Assembly: GCA_963767505.1 (NCBI GenBank)
Contig: CAVYDV010000007.1
Coordinates: 2,195 to 66,194, forward strand
Length of the DNA stretch: 64,000 nucleotides
Origin: an uncultured Thermoleophilia bacterium
Lineage (GTDB): Bacteria; Actinomycetota; Thermoleophilia; UBA2241
Direction: 5' to 3'
Shown piece by piece: positions 30,663 through 40,935 of the stretch. Below the pieces are notes generated by a model. It had not been told where the DNA came from and did no database searches. It worked only from the letters and a program-made list of their open reading frames with translations. A program made the position numbers and the translations under genes. How positions within the stretch are numbered: the stretch's first letter is position 1; each line of letters begins with the position of its first letter.

Positions 30663-31549
30663 AGCGCCTGGGCCGACTCCTGATGGCCATTCACAATCCC
30701 CATGCCTCCGGGGGGGAGTATCAGCGTGACGTTCCGCTCATGCTTGAGGCCCTTCGCGGGCTCGGGTATGAGGTGGAATCGCGCGCGACCGAGGGAGTCG
30801 GGCATGCGACGGGCCTTGCTCGGGAGGCCGTCGCCGAGGGGTGCGACGTGGTCTGCGCGATCGGGGGCGACGGCACGGTCAACGAGACGCTGAACGGTCT
30901 GGTCGGGAGCGGCTTGCCGCTCGCCATCATCCCGACAGGCACGGTCAATGTGCTGGCGATGGAGCTCGGGATCCCGCTCGATCCACCCGACGCCGTGCGT
31001 GTCCTCGAGAAGGGGAACACCTCATCCATCGATCTCGGGCGGGTCAACGATCGCTACTTCGGCCTGATGGCGGGCGTGGGCATGGACGCAGCAGTCGTCG
31101 CCTCGTTGAACCCCACCTTGAAGAGGGCTCTCAGGGAGGCGGCGTTCGCGGTACAGGGGTTGGCCAACTACCTCATCAAGGAGGACCCGCTCATTCGCAT
31201 CGAGGCCGCGGAGCGCACCGTGGAGGGCTACTTCGTGGTCATCGGAAACTCGTCGAACTACGGGGGGGGCTTCGGTATCACGCCGCTGGCGGACATGCGC
31301 GACGGCCTGCTCGACGTCTGCGTCCTCAAGGACAAGTCGTTCCTCAGCACGGCGACGTACTGGACGGCGGCGCTGCTCAACGCTCACGTCAAGCACCCGA
31401 AGGTCGAGTACTTCCGTACCGAGGAGGTCCGTCTCACCTGTGCGGACGATGGCAAGGAAGTGCTCGTGCAGACAGACGGCGAGGTCGCCGGCAGCCTGCC
31501 CGTCACCTGTCGCGTCGTGCCACACGCCCTGCAGGTGGTCGTGCCGTAG
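30659..31549 (+). CDS. Diacylglycerol/lipid kinase family protein (YegS/DagK-like)
   Basis: HNPHAS, GGDGTVNE, IPTGTVNVLA, GMDA, YGGG, DGLLDV, QTDGE. Confidence 0.93.
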   Translation: MKRLGRLLMAIHNPHASGGEYQRDVPLMLEALRGLGYEVESRATEGVGHATGLAREAVAEGCDVVCAIGGDGTVNETLNGLVGSGLPLAIIPTGTVNVLAMELGIPLDPPDAVRVLEKGNTSSIDLGRVNDRYFGLMAGVGMDAAVVASLNPTLKRALREAAFAVQGLANYLIKEDPLIRIEAAERTVEGYFVVIGNSSNYGGGFGITPLADMRDGLLDVCVLKDKSFLSTATYWTAALLNAHVKHPKVEYFRTEEVRLTCADDGKEVLVQTDGEVAGSLPVTCRVVPHALQVVVP

Positions 31550-31559
31550 GAGCTTCGCC

Positions 31560-32156
31560 CTAGAGACCCATCAACTGGGCGAGAGCCGTCAGGCGATCGC
31601 TGTAGTTCTTGCGTGCTCTGGCATCGCGGGCCGCCAGCTCGTCGGGGTCGGCCACGGGGACGACCCTGAAGGCCGGGTTGTCGAAGACGCGCAACTCGAG
31701 TGAGTCACTCTCCCGGTAGGGCTGGTCCTTGAACAGCTTGTGCAGCACGTAGCGTGTCGCGGCTTCGCCCACAGTGAGGATGTAGTGCGGGGTGGTGATG
31801 GAGAGCTCTCTGGAGAAGTACGGGAAGCAGTTGTCCAGCTCCTCGGTCTCGGGCGCGCGAACGCTCGTGGCATCTCGCGCCACGCACTTGAGGAGGGTTG
31901 TCGCGTAGACCTTGTCGCCAGCGCCGGCCAGGGCCGGCATGAACTCTGAGAGACGCTCGACCTGCTCCCGGCCCGCCGTCCGTCCCTCCGCCTCGTCAGC
32001 GGGGTCAGGGGCCAGCGCGACGACCATCACGGCGCAGTGCGGATGGCCGCCGCCAGGCACGGAGCGCAGTCGCCGTGCGACGATGTCTCGGCATTGAACG
32101 CATGCGCCGACGCTCTGCGCGAGCCTGTCAAGCTGTTCGGCCGCGTCTTCCATCAC
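31560..32156 (-). CDS. Family-4 uracil-DNA glycosylase-like Fe-S protein with degenerate active site
   Basis: CxxC, VPGGG, LKC, RAP…E..NC.PY..RE…P..I..VG scaffold kept; GEAPG is ALAPD, N is T, HP is DP. Confidence 0.7.
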   Translation of the reverse strand: MMEDAAEQLDRLAQSVGACVQCRDIVARRLRSVPGGGHPHCAVMVVALAPDPADEAEGRTAGREQVERLSEFMPALAGAGDKVYATTLLKCVARDATSVRAPETEELDNCFPYFSRELSITTPHYILTVGEAATRYVLHKLFKDQPYRESDSLELRVFDNPAFRVVPVADPDELAARDARARKNYSDRLTALAQLMGL

Positions 32157-32210
32157 GAGTCCCTTCTGTCGGGGTACCGGCTGGGCCGCGATCCATTGCG
32201 GCCAGCTTGG

Positions 32211-32552
32211 TCAAGCGTTCTCCGTGTTGAGTCGGTACTGGCAGACGATAGCAGTGGGTCGCCCGACAAGAGCGAGCAGTAGCTCATCACCGAACGGCGC
32301 CAGCACCATGGTCACCTCTTCGAACTCCACCGAGATGTACTTGGCCGCATGCTCGCCGAGCTCCGCGGCGAGGTGAGCGCTGTACTCGATCACTCCGCCG
32401 GCCTGGGCGGCGAATGCATCGACATTGAAGTCTGGCTCGGCGTCCGCCGCCACCAGGAAGCCGTCGCGAGAGATGAGAAGGGCCGCGATCATCCCGGGTA
32501 TCCGGCGATACGGGGCGAGTCGGCCGACGAGAGCGTCAGCTTGGTCGGTCAC
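32211..32552 (-). CDS. Roadblock/LC7 (MglB-like) protein
   Basis: IPGMIAALLISRDGFLVAA…ELGE..AKYISVEFE pattern; 113 aa. Confidence 0.85.
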   Translation of the reverse strand: MTDQADALVGRLAPYRRIPGMIAALLISRDGFLVAADAEPDFNVDAFAAQAGGVIEYSAHLAAELGEHAAKYISVEFEEVTMVLAPFGDELLLALVGRPTAIVCQYRLNTENA

Positions 32553-32914
32553 GATTCCTCCAAGGCGGTCTCGATTTGAGCGCGCATAGACGCGCCGAAG
32601 CTCTCTGCGGTGGCATCGTCCGCAAACGTGAGGGTGAGGCCGTCACGCGTGCCGGCAAGCTCACTGAGGAAGATGGTCATGCGAGGAATCGGCGCCTTCT
32701 CGACGTCCGGCAGAACACCCTCCAGCGGCAGTTGGATGAGCGAGTCGCCCGAAAGAAAGAGGCGGTTCGCTTCGCGCCCGGACAGTCTCACCTGCACTCG
32801 CACCGTCACTCCGTGGGGGAGCTGCTCTCTGGCGATGTCGATCTCCACATCCTCAAGAGTAGCGAGGCGGGTGGGAGGTAGCAAGACGCGGCCCGCGCGG
32901 GGCCGCCGTGTCAC
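32549..32914 (-). CDS. Hypothetical protein
   Basis: 4-nt overlaps with both neighbours; protein-like composition. Confidence 0.7.
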   Translation of the reverse strand: MTRRPRAGRVLLPPTRLATLEDVEIDIAREQLPHGVTVRVQVRLSGREANRLFLSGDSLIQLPLEGVLPDVEKAPIPRMTIFLSELAGTRDGLTLTFADDATAESFGASMRAQIETALEES

Positions 32915-33897
32915 TGAGCCGCAGCCAGTCTGGCGGCTTGGGGTGCGAGAGCCTTGTCCGTCGCTGTCGGCTGAGCTTGGTCTCGCGCGGTGGCCAGCAG
33001 CTCATCGAAAGAGCTTGCAGCGGGGAACGACGCAGCGCCGGCCGCGAGGGTCTGGCGGCGTCCCGCAATGAGGCCGGCGGCGACCTCGCGCGCAGCCCTG
33101 GAGGCGGACTCGCGGGCCTCCGACAAGGAGCGGCCGGGTAGCAGGAGCACGAAGGCGTTCGGAGGGAGACTGAAGGCAAGACCGTCTTCTCCAAGCTGGC
33201 TCTCGAGACACGCCGCCACGTGCCTGATCAGCGCCTCGTAGTCCCGCTTGCTGAGGCGACCACGACCCATCTCTGCGTTTTGGAGTCGGAGGTACACGAG
33301 GCTGAGCGGCTTGTCGTGAGCATGAGCGATACCCATGCGGACGGCCGCCATTCCCGGCAAGCGCTCAGCAGTCAGGCATCCGCTGACGTTGTCGATCCTC
33401 GCCGGGCGAGCGCGCCGACTGCGGTCAGGGCTGAGGCGGTACGCGGCGATGACCCCGCCGGCGAGCAGCATGAGGAGGATGACCACGCTGGCCGCTTGGT
33501 TGCCGCCGAGGCTGGGATCGGCGATGGCCAGCACGATGAGCAGCAGGGGCGTCGCGGCGAGGAGATAGGGCCGATCGTGCTGCGGAGAGACACCCAGTTG
33601 TCCGGCTGCGAGGAGCGTCACGGCGCCCAGAAGCCAGCTCTCGACGCCTCCCGCCAGCGCCAGCGCACAGCCCAGGAGGAGCCAATCGGCGACCGCGAAG
33701 CTGTGGGCGAGGTGTTGGGGCCGGCGTTTGGCGACGCCGATCGAAAGGAGTCCGATGACGAGGCCGAGACCTGCGGGCGGCAGCGCCGCCGGGTGGCCGG
33801 CGGCGTACGCGCCGGCGCCGAGCAGCAAGAAGAAGAGGACTCGGTAGCGGCCTCGCATGAGGGCCTGGTTCCGGCGCCTGCGAGGGGGTTGCCTCAT
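32911..33897 (-). CDS. Membrane protein with degenerate GGDEF domain
   Basis: About 5 TM helices, then IDNVSGCL, PLSLVYLRL, FVLLLPG, AGAASFP…ELLATA; LPPNAF replaces GGDEF. Confidence 0.7.
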   Translation of the reverse strand: MRQPPRRRRNQALMRGRYRVLFFLLLGAGAYAAGHPAALPPAGLGLVIGLLSIGVAKRRPQHLAHSFAVADWLLLGCALALAGGVESWLLGAVTLLAAGQLGVSPQHDRPYLLAATPLLLIVLAIADPSLGGNQAASVVILLMLLAGGVIAAYRLSPDRSRRARPARIDNVSGCLTAERLPGMAAVRMGIAHAHDKPLSLVYLRLQNAEMGRGRLSKRDYEALIRHVAACLESQLGEDGLAFSLPPNAFVLLLPGRSLSEARESASRAAREVAAGLIAGRRQTLAAGAASFPAASSFDELLATARDQAQPTATDKALAPQAARLAAAQ

Positions 33898-34062
33898 AGA
33901 GACGTCGGCCGGATCTGCGCCTTGGCCTGCTCGGGGGATCCACAGTGCATGCGAGCGTCATTCTGTCGCGCTCCCGCGTTTCCTGCATCGAAGGGGTCGG
34001 GAGCCGGCCTCGCGATGCGGCTCCGACGTCCGGCTGGCGGCGTGAGGCATGCGCGCGATAAC

Positions 34063-35873
34063 ATGGGCCCCTTGGAGAGGACGCTTTTCTATTCCGGAAA
34101 CGAGGCGATAGCTCACGGTGCCGTGCGCGCCGGAGCGGCCTTCGCCTGCGGCTATCCGGGTACGCCGTCGACCGAGATCATCGAGGCGGCCGCCAACGGT
34201 CGACGGCATTCACGCCCAATGGTGCATCAACGAGAAGGTCGCGCTGGAGACGGCCGTGGGCGCCTCCCTGGCCGGCGCGCGCACTCTGGTCACGATGAAG
34301 CACGTCGGCCTGAACGTGGCCGCCGATCCCTTCATGACCCTGGCTCTCACCGGGGTCAACGCAGGACTGGTCATCGTCACTGCCGACGATCCCGGCATGC
34401 ACTCGTCCCAGAACGAGCAGGACAGTCGTGCCTATGCGAAGTTCGCCAAGGTGCCGATGCTGGAGCCTTCAGACAGCCAGGAGGCCTACGATTTCCTGGC
34501 TGAGGCGTTCGCTCTCTCCGAGGAGTTCGACACTCCAGTCCTGCTGCGCACGACTACGCGGCTGTCCCATGGACGGGGCCGGGTCGTGCCTCGTGTGCCG
34601 GTGGACCTTGAACCCCGCGCCTACGCGCGCGACGTCGACAAGTACGTGATGGTCCCGGCGTACGCTCGCGCCCGGAACCGCGTCGTCCTCGAGCGTCTCG
34701 AGAAGCTGCGACGGCGCTCTGAGGAGTCACCGCTCAACGTGCTCGAGGCGGGCAGCGTGGACTTGGGCATCATCGCCTCCGGCATCGCCTACGCATACTG
34801 CCGGGAGGCGTTTCCGAACGCGTGGTTCTTGAAGCTCGGCATGTCGCATCCCCTCCCGTACGCGAAGGTCGCAAGGCTCTACCAGGAGGTATCCCGCGTG
34901 GCCGTGGTCGAGGAACTCGATCCGTTCATCGAGGAGCAGGTGCGTGCTCTCGGGCTTCCCGTCTTCGGCAAGCAGGCGATCCCAGCCGACGGCGAGCTCG
35001 ACCAGGAGATGGTGTTCAATGCCATCGAGCCTTTCCTGCAGCGCCGTCCGCCACGGCGTCGGCGTGTGCAGCTTCCGCCGACGCCGAAGGTGTCGACCCA
35101 GGCGCCGCCGGGTGACCTGCCGGTCCGGCCGCCGGTCCTCTGTCCGGGTTGCACCCATCGCTCCGTGTACCACGCCTTGCGGCGGCACAAGCTCGCGGCG
35201 ATGGGGGACATCGGCTGCTACACGCTGGGCTCACTGCCCCCGCTTGGCGCCCTCGATACCTGCCTCTGCATGGGGGCGAGCATCGGGATGATGGCGGGCT
35301 TCAACAAGGCGCTTGGCCGCAAGGCCGCAGTGGGTGTCATCGGCGACTCGACCTTCTTCCACTCGGGCATCACGCCGCTGATCGACGCCGTCTACAATCA
35401 GATCCGAAGGCCTGGTGCTGGTGCTCGACAATCGCACGACCGCGATGACCGGGCACCAGGGGCACCCTGGGACCGGCCTGCACGCCGACGGCAGCAACGG
35501 GCCGGCCATCGGCATCCAGGGGCTGTGCGAGGGCATCGGCGTTCGCTGCGTCACGGTCGACGCCAACGACTTCGCGGCGCTCGATGAGGCCATCAGGGAC
35601 GAGGTCGATGCGCCGGGGCTCGGCGTCGTCGTAGCTCTTGCGCCCTGTGCATTGGCGGTGCGCGAGAAGAGGGGCAGGATCCTCGTTGAGGAGGAGCGCT
35701 GCAACCTCTGCGGCGTGTGCCTCAAGCTCGGCTGTCCGTCCATCGTCCCCGGCGACGCGGCGATCACGATCGCCGATTCGTGCACTGGCTGCGCGCTCTG
35801 CGTCGAAGTGTGTCGTCGCGGAGCTCTGAGCTTCGCCGGAGGTCCTGGCGACAGCGACGGAGCCGCCGGATGA
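34063..35873 (+). CDS. iorA: Indolepyruvate:ferredoxin oxidoreductase alpha subunit; frameshifts near 34197 and 35405
   Basis: SGNEAIA.GA, GYPGTPSTEI, NEKVALE, MKHVGLNVAADP, DDPGMHSSQNEQD, RPPVLCPGC, GDIGCYTLG, GDSTFFHSG, DNRTTAMTGHQ, C-terminal ferredoxin. Confidence 0.92.
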
Positions 35874-36464
35874 ACGGCGTGACGACGGTCTCGCTGGTGG
35901 GTGTCGGAGGGCAGGGCATCCTGCTGGCCGCCGCCGTCCTGGCTGAGACTGCCGCCGCCGAGGGCCACGACGTGAAGGCCAGCGAGGTCAAGGGAATGTC
36001 CCAGCGCGGCGGCAGCGTCCTGAGCTCCGTGCGCTTCGGCGATCACGTGTGGTCTCCGGTGTCGCGTCATGCCGACGTGATCGTCGGCATCGAGCTGCTT
36101 GGAAGGCAGGAGGGGTCTCGACCTCCTGGCGGCGCACGGGACGCTGGTCTGCGCCGTGACCACGCGGATCGCTCCCGGGAGCGTTCTGCGGCGCGAGGCT
36201 GCGTACCCGGAGGACTTGGCGGTCGCCGCCGAGGAACGCGGCGTTCGCCTCATCGCCGTCGATGCGACCGATCTCGCGCGCCGGGCGGGCGACAAGCGAG
36301 CCGCCAATGTGGCTCTTCTCGGCGCTGCGAGCGTCGTGTTGCCCTTCGGCGAGGCGTCTTGGCAGAGCGGCATCGCGGCGGCAGTGCCGGCGAAGGCCCT
36401 CGATGTCAATCAGCGAGCTTTCGCCTTGGGGCGCGCCGTCGGCAGCGAGGAGGTCAGTCCGTGA
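35870..36464 (+). CDS. iorB: Indolepyruvate:ferredoxin oxidoreductase beta subunit; frameshift near 36100
   Basis: GVGGQGILLA, SEVKGMSQRGGSV, AANVALLGA, NQRAFALG. Confidence 0.9.
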
Positions 36465-36874
36465 AGGTCACCCAGCTCACCGTGTTTCTCGAGAATCGCA
36501 GCGGGCGGCTCGCAGAGGTCGCGGCCATCCTGGGAAGGGCGGGCATCAACATCCGCGGGTTCTCGACCACCGAGGCCGCCGAGTACGGCATCGTGCGTCT
36601 TGTCGTGGCAGACCCCGAGCGTGCGAAGCAGTTGCTGCACGATGGGGGGTTCACGACTCACTTCTCGAGCGTCATCTGTGTCAAGGTTCCGGACGAGCCC
36701 GGCGGGCTCGCTGAAGTGCTCGATCAGCTGGCAGCCGCGGGCGTCTCCATCGACTACCTGTACAGCATCTCGTTCCAGAACATCTGCTTCGCCGTGCGCG
36801 ACATCGACGACGCCATCGACCTGCTTCGAGACAAGGTCACACTGCTGAGCGACGCCGAGGTGCGCGCCCTATGA
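36461..36874 (+). CDS. ACT domain (tandem) amino-acid-binding protein
   Basis: QLTVFLENRSGRLAEV, GINIR, YGIVRLVV, VPDEPGGLA, IDYLYS. Confidence 0.9.
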   Translation: MKVTQLTVFLENRSGRLAEVAAILGRAGINIRGFSTTEAAEYGIVRLVVADPERAKQLLHDGGFTTHFSSVICVKVPDEPGGLAEVLDQLAAAGVSIDYLYSISFQNICFAVRDIDDAIDLLRDKVTLLSDAEVRAL

Positions 36875-38218
36875 CCCGCAGCGAGGAGCATCTTCTCCCG
36901 GATCGCTCCGGGGGCTTGATGTGGGAGCCCGCCGTCGAGACGCTGTCGCGGGAGGCGCTCGACGAACTGCAGATGGAGCGCCTGCAGAGAGCGCTGGCAG
37001 AACGCCCGCGCGAACGTGCCGTTCTACCGCGAGAGCTTCGGCCAGGCTGGGATCGCCCCGGGCGACGTGGCCTCGCGCGCCGATGTCGCCCGTCTGCCCT
37101 TCACCACCAAGGTCGACCTGCGCGACCACTATCCGTTCGGGATGTTCGCCCGCCCGCGCTCCGAGATCATCCGCGTGCATGCGTCCTCAGGCACGACCGG
37201 GAACCCGACGACCGTCGGCTACACGCGCGCCGACATCGACACGTGGGGCGATCTGATCGCCCGGACTCTCGCCGCCGGAGGGGTCAAGCCGGGCGATCTG
37301 CTGCAGAACGCCTACGGCTACGGTCTCTTCACCGGCGGGCTCGGTCTGCACTTCGGCGCCGAACGGCTGGGCTGCACGGTCGTACCCATCTCGGGCGGCA
37401 ACACTGAGCGTCAGCTCAAGATCATGCGCGATTTCGGCGCGACCGCGCTGAGCTGCACGCCGTCGTACGCCATGTACCTCGGCGACGCGGCCCGCGATCG
37501 CGGGCTTCGCCCCGAGGACCTGCCGATCAGGGTGGGCTTTCATGGGGCCGAGCCTTGGACGAACGAGATGCGCACGCTCATCGAGGCGGCGCTCGGTATC
37601 GACGCCCTCGATATATACGGCCTCTCCGAGATGGGCGGGCCGGGCGTGGCCTTCGAGTGCCTCTGCAAGGCCGGCATGCACGTGAACGAAGACCACTACA
37701 TGGCCGAGATCATCGATCCGGAGACGCTGCAGCCACTTCCGGAGGGCGAGGTCGGTGAGCTGGTCTTCACGACCCTGTCGCGCGAGGCACAGCCACTCAT
37801 CCGCTATCGCACGCGCGACCTTTGCAGCCTCGACTCGACGCCCTGCGCCTGCGGCCGCACCTCCCTGCGCATGAGCAAGCCCATCGGGCGCAGCGACGAT
37901 ATGCTGATCATCAGGGGTGTCAACGTCTTCCCGAGCCAGATCGAGGAAGTCCTCATGAGCATCCCGGAGATCGAACCGCACTACCAGATCGTGGTCGATC
38001 GCGAGGGCTTCCTCGACGTCATCGAGGTCTGGGTCGAGGTGGGCGAGGGGGTCTTCCCGGAGACCATGGGCGATCTCGAGCGCTTCCAGCGAAAGGTGCA
38101 GACGCGGATCTTCAACGTGCTGAACATCCAGGTGGCGGTCAAGCTGAAGGAGCCACGAACCGTTCAGCGCTCCGAAGGCAAGGCTGTGCGCGTCGTCGAC
38201 AGACGCAAGAGCCTGTAG
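36871..38218 (+). CDS. paaK: Phenylacetate-CoA ligase family (copy 1); frameshift near 37005
   Basis: LPFTTK.DLRDHYPFG, HASSGTTG, YGYGLFTGG, GAEPW, YGLSE, RYRTRD, GRSDDMLIIRGVNVFPSQIE, GKAVRVVD. Confidence 0.93.
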
Positions 38219-38329
38219 GGCTCCCGCGCCCGGGTCGCAAGGGTCCCAGGGTCCCGCGGCAAGCTGCCCGCGGCGGTCTCGAAGACGTGCGGCGAGCGGC
38301 GGTGTCGCCGTCTCCCCTATAATCTGGGT

Positions 38330-40173
38330 GTGAGTCCCATCCGATCGACCCTCGGGCCGCTGCGCGGTCTCCACATCGATCTCACCAGTCGGACCAGCCA
38401 CGAAGAGGCGGTCCCCCAGGAGGTCGCGCGCGCCTTTCTCGGTGGCCGAGGCCTGGGCGTCTACCTTGCGATGCGCCTGCGGCTGTACGACGTCGAGCCA
38501 CTGGCGCCGGAGAACGCCCTGATCTTCGCGCCCGGGCCGCTCACGGGGACCGGCGCTCCCGCGAGCGGCCGCTATAGCGTGACGAGCCGCTCACCGCTCA
38601 CTCGCACCGTCTTCGACGGCAACTCCGGCGGCAACTGGGGCAACGCTTTCCGGCGTCTCGGCTGGGACTACCTGATCGTCTCCGGAGCACTCCAGAGCTC
38701 CCGGGTACTTGTCGATCACCGCCGAGGGCGTCGAGTGGTCGCAGGCTGACGAGCTGTGGGGCCTCGACGTGCCGACCTCGATAGCCCGCCTGCGCGAAGT
38801 GCGCCCGGACAGCGAGGCGGCGGTCATCGGCCCGGCGGGTGAGCGCGGCGTCCTGTTCGCCTCCATCGTCAACAATCGTGGGCGCTCCATCGGCCGCGGC
38901 GGTCTGGGCACGGTCATGGGGGCCAAGCGGCTGAAGGCGATCGTGGTCGCCGGCCACGGCACGCACAAGCCCGCCGTCGCCGATCCCGAGCGTCTCGAGT
39001 TCATCGTGTACGAGGCCGAGAAGCTCCTGAAGGCGAACCCCATCACATCCCAGGCACTGCCCGAGTTCGGCACATCCGTCCTCGTGAACGTCCTGAATCA
39101 GGCCGGAGCGCTGCCTACTCGCAACTACCGGGAGAGCCAGTTCGAGCACGCCGACCTGATCTCCGGCGAGATACTCAGGAAGGAGCACCTGCGTCGACGC
39201 AGCGCCTGCCGAGGTTGCGTCATCGGCTGCGCCCGGCGCACGACGGCCGGCTCGGAGAGCGGTGAAGGGCCCGAGTACGAGAGCATCTGGGCGCTGGGCG
39301 CCGACTGCGGTGTCGGCGACCTCACCGCCGTCGTCCAGGCCAGCTACGTCTGCAATCGCGCGGGCATGGACACCATCACCATGGGCGCGACGATCGCGTG
39401 TGCGATGGAGCTCGCCGAGGAGGGCCTCCTCTCCGGTCCGCGCTTCGGTGACGCCCGGGCGATCGTCGCTCTGGCTGAGGCGACCGCCGCGGGGGAGGGC
39501 CTGGGCGCCGAGCTCGGGCTCGGCTCGGCGCGGCTGGCGGCGCGCTACGGTCGACCGGAGCTGTCGATGAGCGTCAAGTCGCTCGAGACTCCGGCCTACG
39601 ACCCCCGGGGCATGAAGGCCCAGGGCCTCGCCTACGCCACGTCAAATCGAGGCGGCTGCCACCTGCGCGCCAACATGCTCGGCCCCGAGATCCTGGGCGT
39701 GCCCAAGATGGTCGACAGGTTCGCCACACTGGGCAAGGCGGGTCTTCTCATCAACATGCAGAACCTCAACGCGGTGCTCGACTCCCTGAGCGTCTGCAAG
39801 TTCACGGCGTTCGCCATGAAGGAGGACTACTACGCGCGCCTGCTGAGTGCGGTGTGGGGGGAGACCATCGAGCCCCAGGAGCTGCTGCTGCTCGGCGAGC
39901 GCATCTGGAACGCCGAGCGGCTCTTCAACAACGCGGCCGGCTTCGACCGCTCTCACGATACCCTGCCGGCCCGGATCCTGCACGACCCCGTGCCCGCCGG
40001 GCCGGCCGTCGGCCAGGTGGTAGACTTGCCGCCGATGCTCGACGAGTACTACATCTCGCGCGGCTGGGACGTCGAGGGTCGACCCTCGGTCGCCAAGCTG
40101 GAGCCGCCTTGGGCTGACGGATCACGCGGCCGACCTGCGCGGGGGCGTGCGTGGCGCCCCGGACGCACGCTGA
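38330..40173 (+). CDS. aor: Aldehyde:ferredoxin oxidoreductase (W-containing family); frameshifts near 38700 and 40104
   Basis: FLGGRGLG, SPLT…DGNSGG, IGPAGE, GRGGLGTVMGAKRLKAI, CxxCxxxC, GPEYE, DTIT, AYDPRG, RGGCHL, ERIWNAERLFN, YY..RGWD. Confidence 0.92.
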
Positions 40174-40781
40174 TGAGTTCCGCCGTCCTCGAGCAGTTCC
40201 AGCGCATCGGCCGCGATCTCTTTCTGGCCGGCGTCATCAGCTCGCACGGCGGCAACATGAGCGTCCGCATGGGAGACCGCATCCTGATCACGCGGCGTGG
40301 GTCGATGCTGGCGCAGCTCGAGGAGCGCGACATCATCGCCACAGGCCTCGAGGAGAACGACGCCAACGTGATGCTCGCCTCTACCGAGATCGGCGTGCAT
40401 CGTGCCATCTACCAGGGGACGTCCGCGCAGGCGATCGTCCATACTCACCCGCCGTACGCCATCGCTCGGTCGCTCGTCTGCGACGAGGTCGTGCCCATCG
40501 ACAGCGAGGGCTCGTATCTGCTGCACAAGGTGCCGGTCGTCGTCGCCGAACTCACGGCGGGGTCCAAGGAAGTGGCGACACTCCTGCCGCAATGGCTCAA
40601 GGAGTACGACCTCGTCATGCTGCGCGGCCACGGTCCGTTCGCCATCGGGCACCTGCTCGAGGAGGCCTACCAGCTGACCAGCGTCTTCGAGATGACCTGC
40701 AAGATCATGACGATCGCAGAGAGCATGGGGCAGCAGGTCAAGGAGTACCGCAAGGGATCCGAGCGCTACGAGAGCTGGTGA
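40173..40781 (+). CDS. Class II aldolase/adducin family protein (FucA-like)
   Basis: SHGGNMSVR, ITRRGS, ASTEIGVHRAIY, IVHTHPP, LRGHG; TGATG stop/start overlap with aor. Confidence 0.9.
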   Translation: MSSAVLEQFQRIGRDLFLAGVISSHGGNMSVRMGDRILITRRGSMLAQLEERDIIATGLEENDANVMLASTEIGVHRAIYQGTSAQAIVHTHPPYAIARSLVCDEVVPIDSEGSYLLHKVPVVVAELTAGSKEVATLLPQWLKEYDLVMLRGHGPFAIGHLLEEAYQLTSVFEMTCKIMTIAESMGQQVKEYRKGSERYESW

Positions 40782-40935
40782 GCGGGCCGCGCTTCCGCGC
40801 TCTGTTCTCGAAGATCAGGCAGTGCGCCGCGGCCTGCTCCTCCGCGAGAATCCCGCGAGATGCGCGAGCCTCGTCTGACCGTCACCCATCTCGGCTGGGG
40901 CGTCGCTCGTCCGCGACTTGCGGCGACGGAAGGGG

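Noticed and set aside
35717-36874. Apparent IorB-ACT fusion
   Set aside because: IorB continues in another frame after ~36100 and stops at 36464, overlapping the ACT GTG.
38709-40781. Apparent AOR-class II aldolase fusion (690-aa ORF)
   Set aside because: Removing one C near 40104 restores KLERLGL and a TGA at 40171-40173 overlapping the aldolase ATG; a frameshift artefact.
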